DNA from: an uncultured Gammaproteobacteria bacterium
GTDB taxonomy: Bacteria > Patescibacteriota > Microgenomatia > Levybacterales > UBA12049
Direction of reading: 5' to 3'
Assembly: GCA_964653195.1 (NCBI GenBank)
Contig: CAZZCX010000002.1
Coordinates: 10,921-74,920 of the forward strand
DNA length: 64,000 nucleotides
Shown: in pieces, positions 38,603 to 48,418 of the stretch
How the letters are laid out: every line of letters starts with the position of its first letter
Position numbering within the stretch: position 1 is the first letter of the stretch
Translations under genes and position numbers: made by a program
Notes under the pieces: model-generated
Seen by the model: the letters and a program-made list of their open reading frames with translations, nothing else
Database searches by the model: none
What the model was told of the DNA's origin: nothing

Positions 38603-39136
38603 TTAAGTCAATTTACGAATTACAATTTGTATGGCATTTGAAGTCATAGCATCACTAATCTCCCCCTTATCTATCATACCTAGTGCTTCAGAAAAGCTTA
38701 CATATTTGTACTCTACAATATCTTCGCTAAATTCAGAATTGGTATATGTAAGTACTACTTCTTCAATTTTAGAGTAAAAAATTGTAACCTTCTCTGTATT
38801 CAGGCTGTTAAGTGAATGAAATATACCAATTTTATAGAACTCTTCTGCTATTATCCCGGTTTCCTCGTTTAATTCTCTCTTTGCGGCATCAGTTGTAGTC
38901 TCACCTTTGTCTATTCCTCCACCTGGTATTTCCCAGGAGTACTCATTGATTACATATCGATATTGCTTTATGAGAAGAATTTTATTTTCTTTAGTCACAG
39001 CTACAATACCTACACCGTCTGTTCGATCTATCCATGTTTGAGTACCTTTCATTCCATTTGGATACTCAATTTCATCTTGATAAAAAGACAACCATTCATC
39101 CTTATAAATCTTTGTGTGTTTTAATTTCTTAAACAT
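38603..39136 (-). CDS. NUDIX hydrolase (ADP-ribose pyrophosphatase-like)
   Basis: Nudix box WEIPGGGIDKGETTTDAAKRELNEETGI (GX5EX7REUXEEXGU). Confidence 0.85.
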   Translation of the reverse strand: MFKKLKHTKIYKDEWLSFYQDEIEYPNGMKGTQTWIDRTDGVGIVAVTKENKILLIKQYRYVINEYSWEIPGGGIDKGETTTDAAKRELNEETGIIAEEFYKIGIFHSLNSLNTEKVTIFYSKIEEVVLTYTNSEFSEDIVEYKYVSFSEALGMIDKGEISDAMTSNAIQIVIRKLT

Positions 39137-39390
39137 AACTAAAAAATTATTCTTCTGATAACTTATGATATTATTTCTTTATAGTATACTGCTTTATATA
39201 TAATTTTGCCTGTTTCATTCATGTAAAAATACTTTTTAACTTACTAAGATAGAAAGAAATATACATACAAATAATAATTAGACCATTGAGAATTCAATAA
39301 GTTTCATAGAAAATCTAAATTTTCCTTACTTTTGGAAATTATCAGATTTTAAAAGCATAAGACAGTTACCTTTAAAAATCACACTATTAA

Positions 39391-40869
39391 ATGATAACGA
39401 TTAAAAAAACTAACAAACACAATATTATTTCCAGCTTAATACAACATAAGTTACCTGTCTTAATATGTTTTTTATTCTTCACCGCATATTCTATCCTCTC
39501 TATAGTCCGCTTTCATCACTTTGGTGCATTTGGTTTCGATTTAGGACTAAGAAGTCAAACAGTTTGGGAATACAGCAGATTTAAAGCGCCAATAACTACT
39601 ATACACTTTTATCCTTTTAACAACATCCTTGCTGACCATTTAGAGCTTATTTATATCCCCATTTCACTTTCTTACTGGATTTGGTCTGACCCGCGTATGT
39701 TACTTTTAATTGAAGCATTTTATGTATGCTTTTCTGGATTAGCTATTTATCTTTTGGCAAAAGAAAAAAGCCTCCATAAACTAATTTGCCTGGGGCTAAT
39801 TATAAGCTATTTGTCTTTTTATGGAGTTCAACATGCTATGTGGTTTGATGTACATAGCGCGAGTTTTGGAGCAGGATCTATCGCGTGGTTTTTATACTTT
39901 TTAAACAAAAAAAATAAAAAGTGGATATTAATTTCATTCCTTTTAGCATTAGCTTCAAAAGAAAATATGGCTGCGCTTACTTTATTCATATCGCTTGTAT
40001 GGTATATATATAAAAAAGAAAAAATTGCATTATATTTAGGTTTATTTTCCGCCTTATATTTATTTTTTGTTTTTGGTTTATATTTTCCAAATGTAACTTC
40101 TGATGGCTATAGGTATTCCAATGAAGGTGGGATTGCTTCAAATATATTTAATATCAATTCATTTTATGATAGCCCTGATAAAAAAAATGTAATATTTTAC
40201 TCATTATTGTGGTTTGGGTTTATTCCTTTGCTTAATCCATTATTTTTAATTCCAGCTCTTGGTGACTTGTGGAATTATTTTGTAATAGCAAGCAATCTCA
40301 CTGCATCGCATGGGTTATATATGCACTACAGGGTTACATTGGCTCCACTTTTAACCTGGGCAACTATTTTCACTATTAGCAGATATAAACGAATGAATAA
40401 TCAATTTATAGGAATTTACCTATTTTTTTGTGCACTTTCATTACAATATTTTTTACATTTGCCACTGAGTTATCTTTCAAAAACATGGTTTTGGAATGAA
40501 CCTTCAAGCATCAAACACATAAATCGAATAATTAGATACCTTCCAGAAAATGCATCAGTTGTTTCACAAAATAATATAACTCCACATATTAGTAATCGGG
40601 AAAAAATATTTACTTTATGGCCAGAAATAAAAAATTTCTCCAATAATTCACCGTGCGGAAAAGAGAATTGTCAGTGGTTCAGGTGGGCCGGAGATCCTGA
40701 GTACCTTATAATAGACACATCAGTTAGTTGGGATAGCAGGCATCTTTTGATAAACAGAGAAGATTATATTCAAGGTATAAAGAATTTGGAAAGAGCTAAA
40801 CTTATTTTTAGGTTCAAACAATCAGATAATGCCGTTTTGTATAAAATAAAGAGGAGTTCTAATTTATAA
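39391..40869 (+). CDS. DUF2079-like polytopic membrane protein (predicted GT-C-like)
   Basis: The N-terminal RFHHFGAFGFDLGLRSQTVWEY motif resembles the F-D-L-G-I-F-x-Q signature recalled for DUF2079. It is multi-TM with a C-terminal soluble domain. Confidence 0.45.
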   Translation: MITIKKTNKHNIISSLIQHKLPVLICFLFFTAYSILSIVRFHHFGAFGFDLGLRSQTVWEYSRFKAPITTIHFYPFNNILADHLELIYIPISLSYWIWSDPRMLLLIEAFYVCFSGLAIYLLAKEKSLHKLICLGLIISYLSFYGVQHAMWFDVHSASFGAGSIAWFLYFLNKKNKKWILISFLLALASKENMAALTLFISLVWYIYKKEKIALYLGLFSALYLFFVFGLYFPNVTSDGYRYSNEGGIASNIFNINSFYDSPDKKNVIFYSLLWFGFIPLLNPLFLIPALGDLWNYFVIASNLTASHGLYMHYRVTLAPLLTWATIFTISRYKRMNNQFIGIYLFFCALSLQYFLHLPLSYLSKTWFWNEPSSIKHINRIIRYLPENASVVSQNNITPHISNREKIFTLWPEIKNFSNNSPCGKENCQWFRWAGDPEYLIIDTSVSWDSRHLLINREDYIQGIKNLERAKLIFRFKQSDNAVLYKIKRSSNL

Positions 40870-40938
40870 TCAATTTATGTAGCAGATTAGCTTGAATAAG
40901 ATAATAAATTAAAAACGTTTATTTATCGCTCCAATAAT

Positions 40939-41907
40939 TTAGTCTATTATTCTAATTCTTTTAAAATTCTTACCTTTCAAGCCTTCAATTTGAATATCTT
41001 CCCAAGTAAATGTTGCCTTTTCTAGTTGACGAGGAGTAAGCACTAACTCTGCGTAAGTATTATTTTCTTTTTTTAGAACACCTACTGCAGCCCAGAATTT
41101 AGCCAATGATCGCTTTGTACTCCCAGTCACAACACAATCAGGATAAAAAGTAGGACATGTCCAAATAATATCCTCTGCATCACAGTACTCCCGCAAAGTC
41201 TTTGTCTTGAAAATTGCTTGATGCTCTAATTCAACTTTCTCACGCCATAAAGGATCATCCGCTTGGCCTGGGGTCAATTTTACATTTAGTTCTGTAGCAG
41301 CTTTCATAACTTCAGTCAGAATTGGTAAATTACCGTTGTTTTCTCTCAAAACTTCACTTTTTGCAATCTCCATTTCAGCATAATAAGATTCCGGATCTTC
41401 AAATAAATCATAATGTCTTGTATAATTCACTGATATATTCGAAGGTAAATAAGGCTCAATGAATCTAATTAAATCCTTGAAAGTATCGCTATATTTATCG
41501 GTTTCATGACGAGGAATATTATTCAAAGTCTGAACTGAAACATCCTGAGATAAGTATTCAAAAATAACACCAGGTTTATAAACGCTTGATATCAATCGTG
41601 CCCATTGCAGAAAATATGTAAGACTAAATAACTCTGCCCAATCAATTTCCGGCGCTTCTTCAAATCGCCAAAGCTTATTTCCTCCGAACATCTCAACAAT
41701 TCTAATTGGTTTACTTTCTGAAACAGCGATATCAATGGCTTTTTTTGTCATATTTACACACAGTTCCGCGGGCTTAAGTTTGCGGAATTTTTTAGACATC
41801 ACTTTAGAATAAACTGCGTTTTCAAGTGATATATCACCAGTTTCTATAAACGGAAGAGGCTCTTTAAGTGCCTCAATTGTCGTAATTATATATTCTTTAG
41901 CTGTCAT
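40939..41907 (-). CDS. Hypothetical cytoplasmic protein (322 aa), no recognisable motif
   Basis: Long ORF with non-low-complexity composition and a Cys cluster CDAEDIIWTCPTFYPDC near the C-terminus. I see no family match. Confidence 0.5.
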   Translation of the reverse strand: MTAKEYIITTIEALKEPLPFIETGDISLENAVYSKVMSKKFRKLKPAELCVNMTKKAIDIAVSESKPIRIVEMFGGNKLWRFEEAPEIDWAELFSLTYFLQWARLISSVYKPGVIFEYLSQDVSVQTLNNIPRHETDKYSDTFKDLIRFIEPYLPSNISVNYTRHYDLFEDPESYYAEMEIAKSEVLRENNGNLPILTEVMKAATELNVKLTPGQADDPLWREKVELEHQAIFKTKTLREYCDAEDIIWTCPTFYPDCVVTGSTKRSLAKFWAAVGVLKKENNTYAELVLTPRQLEKATFTWEDIQIEGLKGKNFKRIRIID

Positions 41908-42048
41908 ATAAATTTCAAATAATCAATGTATACATCTTTCCAGATGCTTAAATATGAACCAATGTATCCATGGTATGGTAGCATACAGAATGAGAACCCA
42001 CAAGATTTTCAATAATCAAATATATAGATGCGAAAAGGATAGTAATAT

Positions 42049-42720
42049 TTATAAATTATAAGTTAGCCTATAAAGACATTTATCTTTCTTAAAATCAGGA
42101 ACTTTACTATTCACCTTATATACCTCAATACTGCTGGCATTTAATTTGCCAAAATCTTTATTCTTATTTGTTTTTATGATATTTAATAAATTAGTTGAAG
42201 GTTTTTGAGTATATCTTAAGTAATTCATCCAGCCTATATATTCATAAAACTTCAAATATTTTGAATATGAATCACCTTTTTGCTTTATACTACTTCTTAA
42301 TTCTTGCCTTACTTCATATAAAGAAAAATTTACAGGAAGTGCGTGAATTGATGAACAATACTCATTACTCCCTATCCCTCGCATTTGAAATTCCAATTTT
42401 TGTTTTTGTAATGTTTTATTTACACTAGTTATAATCGTTTTTACATCACAATCCTGATGTATTCCTCCAAGTATTGTAATATGTAAATAATCGACACCAT
42501 AATAATACTGATTTGGTTCAATTTCGGTTAACCTATTTATATATTCCTGAATTGTATTTATAAATATGTCATTTGGGCGAATTACAATAGTATAATTATC
42601 TTCAATTATCTCATTTTTAAATCGCTTAACTTTTTCAGGAGTTAATTCCATTAATTGCTTATTACTTTGATTATAAAAAGCCTTCAATAATCCGTTATGC
42701 ATAAAAAATAATCTTAACAT
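42049..42720 (-). CDS. Hypothetical protein, weakly 2H-phosphoesterase-like
   Basis: Single H-x-T-x motif (YLHITILGG) preceded by a beta-strand-like YTIVIRPND. The second H-x-T/S motif is not clearly present (SSIHALP). Confidence 0.4.
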   Translation of the reverse strand: MLRLFFMHNGLLKAFYNQSNKQLMELTPEKVKRFKNEIIEDNYTIVIRPNDIFINTIQEYINRLTEIEPNQYYYGVDYLHITILGGIHQDCDVKTIITSVNKTLQKQKLEFQMRGIGSNEYCSSIHALPVNFSLYEVRQELRSSIKQKGDSYSKYLKFYEYIGWMNYLRYTQKPSTNLLNIIKTNKNKDFGKLNASSIEVYKVNSKVPDFKKDKCLYRLTYNL

Positions 42721-42807
42721 ATCTAAACATCTAGATTTATTTATCTTAGACTATAGGATGTAGATATTCCCAGGCACAAATGCATGAATTTGTTGTTATA
42801 ATAGGCT

Positions 42808-44187
42808 ATGGCGCGAAAGATAAATCGAAACATAACGGGAAAAGTGTCACCTCTAAAAGGCTTAGGTTCAAGCGTGAATTTAACCAATACTGAACTCAGT
42901 CATATAATAGGTCAGGCAGCAGCGATCAGATATTTCGACGAAAATTCTCGAGAAGATTTTACCGTTATTAATGAAATTCTGAAAGATAAACGTGTGAAAA
43001 GCTGGATGGATGATGCTGGCAAGATAACTTGGACTGACTATAAAGATTGGTCAGGCAGGCACTCAAATGACTCTTTTCTGTTCTCAGTCCATGACAGTAG
43101 GCTCAAAAACGAGAACGAAATTAAAGTTATCAAAGGATTTGTGAATATATACTCAGGGCACGGTGAAAAATACCGTGCTAAGCGTTTGATTCAATTAGGT
43201 ATACTTCCAAAAAATAAAAGTAAACATATTCTTGAAATTAGTATGGCAGTAAGACCGCTTCAAGATGGTCAAATTACAGGCTCAGGACTTATGTCGAGTG
43301 CATTGAGGCAAAGCTGCCTTCAAGTACGATCCTGGTTAGGAAGTATGCAGGATTCGGAGCTAGTTATTTATGGTTTTATAGATCCCAAAAACCTAGCCTC
43401 AATTCGGGCAATTGAGGCAGCAGGATTTGTCAAAAAAGGTAAAGCGAAATATGACTCAACTGCAAGTGAGGATTCATTGGTATACATTCTTAGCTGGCGA
43501 AAACTTAAAAAAAAGCTCCGTGAGAGAATTAATATAGCATTACGAAATAAAATGAAGGTGATCACTGAACCACAAAAAACCAATTCTCACTGTGGCCCAT
43601 CAGTCATAAAAGCGCTTCTAGGATTTCAGGGAATCAACGTCTCCCAAGATGAAGTAGTAGAAGCTGCGCTTGTCAAAAAAACAATAAATGAATACGGTAT
43701 GCAGCCTCATCATCTAGCAAAAGCAGTAAAAAAACTAGGTAAAAATGTGAAATTCTGGTTCAAGCAGGAAGCAGACATAAACGATCTGGAAAAACTGATA
43801 CATAAATTCAAAATACCAGTAGGCATAAATTGGCAGGGGTTATTTTATGATTCTGTACAAGAAGAGAAACAAAAATGGAAAAACTCAGACAGAGGTCATT
43901 ATAGTATCTTGGTGTCAGTAGATAAAAAAAGAGGAGAATTAGTTATCGATGATCCATATCCAGATTACTTTAATACTCCACGTGTATTCACTTATAAATG
44001 GTTTATAAAAAGATGGCATGATAGTGATTTGAAGATAGACAATAAAAAAGGCACAAAGAGTATCACGAAAACGAAAAGATTTATATTTCTGATTGCACCG
44101 AAAAAATTTATTTTCCCGAAGAATTTGGGCATGAAAACAGCTAATCAATTATCAGAGTTGGAAAAAATAGAAGAAATTATGAAATAA
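42808..44187 (+). CDS. Two-domain protein: N-terminal GNAT-like acetyltransferase-like region plus C-terminal peptidase C39-like (papain-fold Cys/His) domain
   Basis: ELVIYGFIDPKNLASIRAIEAAGFVKKGKAKYD resembles a GNAT C-terminal beta-bulge region. The C-terminal NSHCGPSVIKALLGFQGINVSQDEV...GHYSILVSVDKKRGELVIDDPY matches the Cys...Gly motif and the His-containing strand of C39 and C39-like domains. Confidence 0.5.
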   Translation: MARKINRNITGKVSPLKGLGSSVNLTNTELSHIIGQAAAIRYFDENSREDFTVINEILKDKRVKSWMDDAGKITWTDYKDWSGRHSNDSFLFSVHDSRLKNENEIKVIKGFVNIYSGHGEKYRAKRLIQLGILPKNKSKHILEISMAVRPLQDGQITGSGLMSSALRQSCLQVRSWLGSMQDSELVIYGFIDPKNLASIRAIEAAGFVKKGKAKYDSTASEDSLVYILSWRKLKKKLRERINIALRNKMKVITEPQKTNSHCGPSVIKALLGFQGINVSQDEVVEAALVKKTINEYGMQPHHLAKAVKKLGKNVKFWFKQEADINDLEKLIHKFKIPVGINWQGLFYDSVQEEKQKWKNSDRGHYSILVSVDKKRGELVIDDPYPDYFNTPRVFTYKWFIKRWHDSDLKIDNKKGTKSITKTKRFIFLIAPKKFIFPKNLGMKTANQLSELEKIEEIMK

Positions 44188-44233
44188 AAAGTATCGCAAA
44201 TAAATAAAATTATTGTTGTGTTATACTTTTACA

Positions 44234-44389
44234 ATGGATATAAAAAGTAAGCTGCTTCTGATAATTTTTTTAACTCTGATACTATTTATTATTCAATCTG
44301 GTACTTCAAAAGCATTTAGAGATAATAGACAATTTAACATTAAACCTACACCCGCAATAGAATCCTTCGCTATAAATTATAATTCATAA
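44234..44389 (+). CDS. Candidate small secreted or membrane peptide (51 aa). It is below the ORF-track size cutoff.
   Basis: Hand-read ORF ATG 44234 to TAA 44387-44389 gives MDIKSKLLLIIFLTLILFIIQSGTSKAFRDNRQFNIKPTPAIESFAINYNS. It has an N-terminal hydrophobic signal-like segment. It lies 47 nt downstream of the C39-like gene and overlaps the 3' end of the convergent beta-CASP gene by 13 nt. Confidence 0.2.
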   Translation: MDIKSKLLLIIFLTLILFIIQSGTSKAFRDNRQFNIKPTPAIESFAINYNS

Positions 44390-45723
44390 CTATTACCGTT
44401 CTCAGGCAATATAACTTCAATTTCTGGATTAGATTCTCTAATCTTTTCAGAAAGGATTTCTCGCTGAACTTTTTCGCCATGAGTTAAAAAAACCTTCTTT
44501 GTATCTTTGATATGCCCTAACCATTTAATAAGCCTAGGCTGATCTGCATGTGAGCTTAGGATTTTGATTTCGCGTATTTTCGCTTTCACCTCTACCTGTA
44601 CCCCATCCACTGAAACATTTTTTGAACCTTCTAGTATTTTTCTCCCCAGGGTGTTTTCTGCCTGGTATCCAACAAATAATAATCGTGTAGAGGCTAGAGA
44701 CAAATAGCTTAAAGCATGATGAATAATCCTACCCCCAGACATCATTCCTGACCCCGCTATGATAACTTTTGGATCATCAGTGCTACTTATTTCTCTACTA
44801 TCTCTTGAGTCATAAGTAACCTCAAGCCCTTCAAAATTAAAAGGAATACTAGTATGAGACTTTATTTCATCATTTTGGAATTCTTTAAACTCCATATAAG
44901 GCATAGTCGCATCAATGCCCATTGGACTATCTAAAAACACTCTAGTTTCCGATCGTATCTTGCCATCTTTTTTCAAATGATGAATAATGTGCAATATCTC
45001 TTGTGTTCGCTCAATTGCGAATACCGGAATTAACAATACGCCAGGATTTGCTTCTATTTCATTTATCTCGTTTTTGATGATTTCTTCTGGGTCTTCATTT
45101 GGATGAGCTGAGTCCCCATATGTTGATTCCATTACTACAAAATCAGCATTATCTATATACTCAGTAGGCTTTACTATCGACTGAGGGGTATTGCCTAAAT
45201 CTCCGCTAAATGCAATTCTTGAATTCATTTCTTCTGTCAAATCTGTTACTACAATACTTGATGAACCTAAAATATGTCCGGCATCCCAAAATACGGCACT
45301 GAAACTATTAGTTTTAATTACTTCACCGTAATCAACTACTTTTATAAGTTTAAGTGTCTTTTCTACTTCATCCAAGGTATATAAGGGTTCACGAGAAATA
45401 TCTTTTGAAGCTATTCTGGCTGAATCTTTTAAAATTATTTCTACCAACTCTCTTGTCGGTTTTGTCATATATATTTTTCCATAAAATCCACCATAAACCA
45501 AAAGAGGCAACCGTCCGCTATGGTCAAGATGAGCATGCGTTAAAAAAACCGCTTCCAAAGCCGATGGCTGAAACTGCAGTAGATCATAATTATGTAATTC
45601 CAACTTTTCATCACCTTGAAACATTCCTAAATCTACCAGTACCTGTGAGTTATTTTTACCGGTCAGCAGATATGATGATCCGGTAACTTCATTGCTTCCT
45701 GAGCCAATTACGTTTAATTTCAT
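44377..45723 (-). CDS. MBL-fold beta-CASP ribonuclease (CPSF73/RNase J-like RNA-metabolising metallo-beta-lactamase)
   Basis: HAHLDHSG metal-binding motif, downstream Asp/His motifs, and a C-terminal RNA-specificity region (ILSSHADQ...LTHGE). Confidence 0.8.
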   Translation of the reverse strand: MKLNVIGSGSNEVTGSSYLLTGKNNSQVLVDLGMFQGDEKLELHNYDLLQFQPSALEAVFLTHAHLDHSGRLPLLVYGGFYGKIYMTKPTRELVEIILKDSARIASKDISREPLYTLDEVEKTLKLIKVVDYGEVIKTNSFSAVFWDAGHILGSSSIVVTDLTEEMNSRIAFSGDLGNTPQSIVKPTEYIDNADFVVMESTYGDSAHPNEDPEEIIKNEINEIEANPGVLLIPVFAIERTQEILHIIHHLKKDGKIRSETRVFLDSPMGIDATMPYMEFKEFQNDEIKSHTSIPFNFEGLEVTYDSRDSREISSTDDPKVIIAGSGMMSGGRIIHHALSYLSLASTRLLFVGYQAENTLGRKILEGSKNVSVDGVQVEVKAKIREIKILSSHADQPRLIKWLGHIKDTKKVFLTHGEKVQREILSEKIRESNPEIEVILPENGNSYEL

Positions 45724-45780
45724 GATCTTTAGTATAATAATATTTGAGTAAAAAAACTAGTTTGAATTTTTTAGTAAACA

Positions 45781-46104
45781 ATGTTTAATATTATTCTTTC
45801 ATTACATATCATAGGTGCATCAATTTTCTTATATGTCATAATCGTGTCCTTAGTTAATTTACACAAGAGAGATCTGAAACAAACTAAAGAAACCGCTTTA
45901 AATTTAGCCTTAATTACAATATTTCAGTTAGTGAGTGGTCTTATTCTAGTTATAATAAATAATCAAGCAAATTCTTATTCGTCAGTCTGTGCAAAAACGG
46001 GATTATATATACTAACTTCAGCAGTTGCGGAAATTTTACTTTATTGTAAATTAAAAAACATTAAGTTACTTAATTTGTTTTTTAAAGATTATTTTAATAT
46101 TTAG
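45781..46104 (+). CDS. Small hypothetical membrane protein (3 TM)
   Basis: 107 aa with three hydrophobic helices and no motif. Confidence 0.35.
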   Translation: MFNIILSLHIIGASIFLYVIIVSLVNLHKRDLKQTKETALNLALITIFQLVSGLILVIINNQANSYSSVCAKTGLYILTSAVAEILLYCKLKNIKLLNLFFKDYFNI

Positions 46105-46532
46105 GGATTTGCAGTTATTAATCTAAAATTAGCTATGTCTTTTGCAATATCATACAGCGGAGCTTTTTTATCAAATGAATGTAGTTTATCCTGACTTATC
46201 CATTGGAATGCATCATGATCGGTGTCTAGAGAAACATTCTCATTATTATCTGTAATTCTACATTCATAGGTAATCCGCACGATATCAGATGTTCCGTCAT
46301 GATTCCCATGAGTAGTTACAGATAGCGGACGAACAGCTTTTGCATTTAAACCTACTTCTTCAAATACTTCTCTTTCTATACTCTCTTCAGGACGTTCACC
46401 CGAATCTAGCCCTCCTCCTGGTAGTTCCCAACGTCCAGGGAATGTGTCGTGTGAAGCACGACGTACCAATAAGACTTTTCCTTCACTATTTACAATAAAC
46501 GCAAAAGTTGCAACAAAAATTTTTTTATTCAT
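46101..46532 (-). CDS. NUDIX hydrolase
   Basis: Nudix box GRWELPGGGLDSGERPEESIEREVFEEVGL. Confidence 0.85.
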   Translation of the reverse strand: MNKKIFVATFAFIVNSEGKVLLVRRASHDTFPGRWELPGGGLDSGERPEESIEREVFEEVGLNAKAVRPLSVTTHGNHDGTSDIVRITYECRITDNNENVSLDTDHDAFQWISQDKLHSFDKKAPLYDIAKDIANFRLITANP

Positions 46533-46710
46533 ATTAATTAAATCAATCTGCCTTATTTAAAATGGTAAATCGTGGATAGGCAGAATCAACAGTTCTATGT
46601 AAATTTAGTTATAGCCGAAGTTTTGAGAAGAACTGCAAACAAAAAATAATATTAACATTTTTCAACTTAAAAAACAACTAGACTTCACATTATAAGACAT
46701 AAATAGTATA

Positions 46711-48018
46711 ATGCACAACATGAATAAATCAAAAAACCAGTTACTTGATATTAGTAAAAAGGTCAGATCTAATCAGCCAATCAACCTAGATGAATTAAAC
46801 TTACTTTTAAAGTTCGAGAATAATAGCGAAGATAGTTTTATAGTAAAATTTCTAAAGCATGTGGCTCTTCCCGCTTCTTTAGTAATCGGCTTTTTTTTCG
46901 CAGCTTTTCCTGACACATTTATTTCAATCTCACAAGATTTGCCAAAATGGACAAATTTATCAAATGAAATGCTTCGTGGAGTTGACTATTTTTGGGATAT
47001 ACTAGGCGAACCCGTAGGCAAAGCAAATATAGTATTTCACCTTCCAAATATAATCTTCTATTCTTTCGGCGTTTTAGGTATGAAGAGTATTATTGATTCC
47101 ATTAATAGACGCGCATGGATCGATAAGATACTCAATGCACAGATCAAACTTAAAGAAAATCTAGAAAAAGGTACAATCTCATACTCACTCTCTAAAAAAC
47201 ACTCTATCCTATTTGTAGGCAATGGAGACTTCATTGGCATGCAGTATGTTTTAAACCATACATCCTCAGCGATAATTGTTTCGTCACATTTACCTTCTTA
47301 TACGAATGTTTGGAATTACTATGATTCAAATACATTATATGACGATTTGAAAGAAGTAATTAAACGTTGTGCAGGAAAAGACGCCGGAGAGTATATATTT
47401 TTTCCAGTAAAGGATGATCAGATATTTCTGCCAAATGAAAAAGCATATGATCTCTCACCGCATAAACTTGACATACTATGTAAAAATATTCGGACAATTG
47501 AAAAAGAATTCGGTTGGAAACCAAAGAAAATAATAATAATCGGAGACAAATTTCACCAAAGCTATGTTCATTCAGTCGATCAAAGAAGGATTATTCCAAA
47601 AAGTGCAGATACACTTTCACTGCAAAACCTTTCCAATAAATACAATAATATTATGCTATTAGATCCTACAGATATAGTCCTAAAAAAAATCCTTTTAATT
47701 GCTAAAGATCGAAAAATTGTGTTTAGAGCAACCAAAGAAGGTATTAATGAATACAAAGAAAGATTTTATAAAAGGTTGAGGCTTCTTAATTATAAAGAGC
47801 GTTCAGGGAAAAAAGGAATCCTTACCATAGGTTATGATATTTTCGAAGATCAAACTGAACAGCAAACACTTTCGAGGATTATCGATGATTATTTACCTGT
47901 AGTACTCTCAAAAAACGTCCGGGATGCACTTATACGTAATGGCTATAGTCAAAATGAATTTTTATATGTACCAGAATTAGTACTCTCACATCTCACTCGC
48001 GAAGCAGCAAAACAATAA
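46711..48018 (+). CDS. Hypothetical protein (435 aa) with one N-terminal TM segment
   Basis: Long ORF with a hydrophobic segment LPASLVIGFFFAAFPDTFISI. The remainder is soluble with no recognised motif. Confidence 0.5.
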   Translation: MHNMNKSKNQLLDISKKVRSNQPINLDELNLLLKFENNSEDSFIVKFLKHVALPASLVIGFFFAAFPDTFISISQDLPKWTNLSNEMLRGVDYFWDILGEPVGKANIVFHLPNIIFYSFGVLGMKSIIDSINRRAWIDKILNAQIKLKENLEKGTISYSLSKKHSILFVGNGDFIGMQYVLNHTSSAIIVSSHLPSYTNVWNYYDSNTLYDDLKEVIKRCAGKDAGEYIFFPVKDDQIFLPNEKAYDLSPHKLDILCKNIRTIEKEFGWKPKKIIIIGDKFHQSYVHSVDQRRIIPKSADTLSLQNLSNKYNNIMLLDPTDIVLKKILLIAKDRKIVFRATKEGINEYKERFYKRLRLLNYKERSGKKGILTIGYDIFEDQTEQQTLSRIIDDYLPVVLSKNVRDALIRNGYSQNEFLYVPELVLSHLTREAAKQ

Positions 48019-48030
48019 GTTTAAAATACA

Positions 48031-48069
48031 AAAAATAACGGAAGATTGAGTCAACTCAAAACTTCCGTT
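48031..48069 (-). terminator. Rho-independent terminator of the RRM gene (bidirectional hairpin between convergent genes)
   Basis: AACGGAAG (48037-48044) pairs with CTTCCGTT (48062-69), with an inner TTGAGT/ACTCAA stem. On the minus strand it is followed by ATTTTTTGTATTTT. Confidence 0.6.
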
Positions 48070-48088
48070 ATTTAGGATTCAGAATCGA

Positions 48089-48418
48089 TTAATAATCTCT
48101 TCTTCCCCCTCTGCGGTCATTATTATAGCCACCACGGCCACCCCCAGAAAAATTTCTAGGACCTCGATCTTCTTGAGGTTTTGCCTCAGAAACATTGATC
48201 TTTCTACCGTCCAGATCTTGACCGTTAAGCTCATTAAGAGCTTTTTCAGCCTCTTCTGGTGTCGCCATTTCGACGAACCCAAAACCTCGAGACTTATTTG
48301 TCTCTCGATCTCGAATTACTTTTGCCGAAACTACTGTACCGGCTGACGCGAAGAATTGTCCAAGCGTATCATCTGTGGTTGTCCAAGCTAGACTACCAAC
48401 GAATAATTTAGTACTCAT
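48089..48418 (-). CDS. RRM-type glycine-rich RNA-binding protein
   Basis: RNP-2 KLFVGSL, RNP-1 RGFGFVEM, and a C-terminal RGG/Gly-rich tail (GGGRGGYNNDRRGGRRDY). Confidence 0.85.
   Translation of the reverse strand: MSTKLFVGSLAWTTTDDTLGQFFASAGTVVSAKVIRDRETNKSRGFGFVEMATPEEAEKALNELNGQDLDGRKINVSEAKPQEDRGPRNFSGGGRGGYNNDRRGGRRDY

Noticed and set aside
42049-42720. Confident call as LigT-type 2H phosphoesterase
   Set aside because: Only one of the two required H-x-[TS]-x motifs is clearly present. It is kept as a weak hint only.
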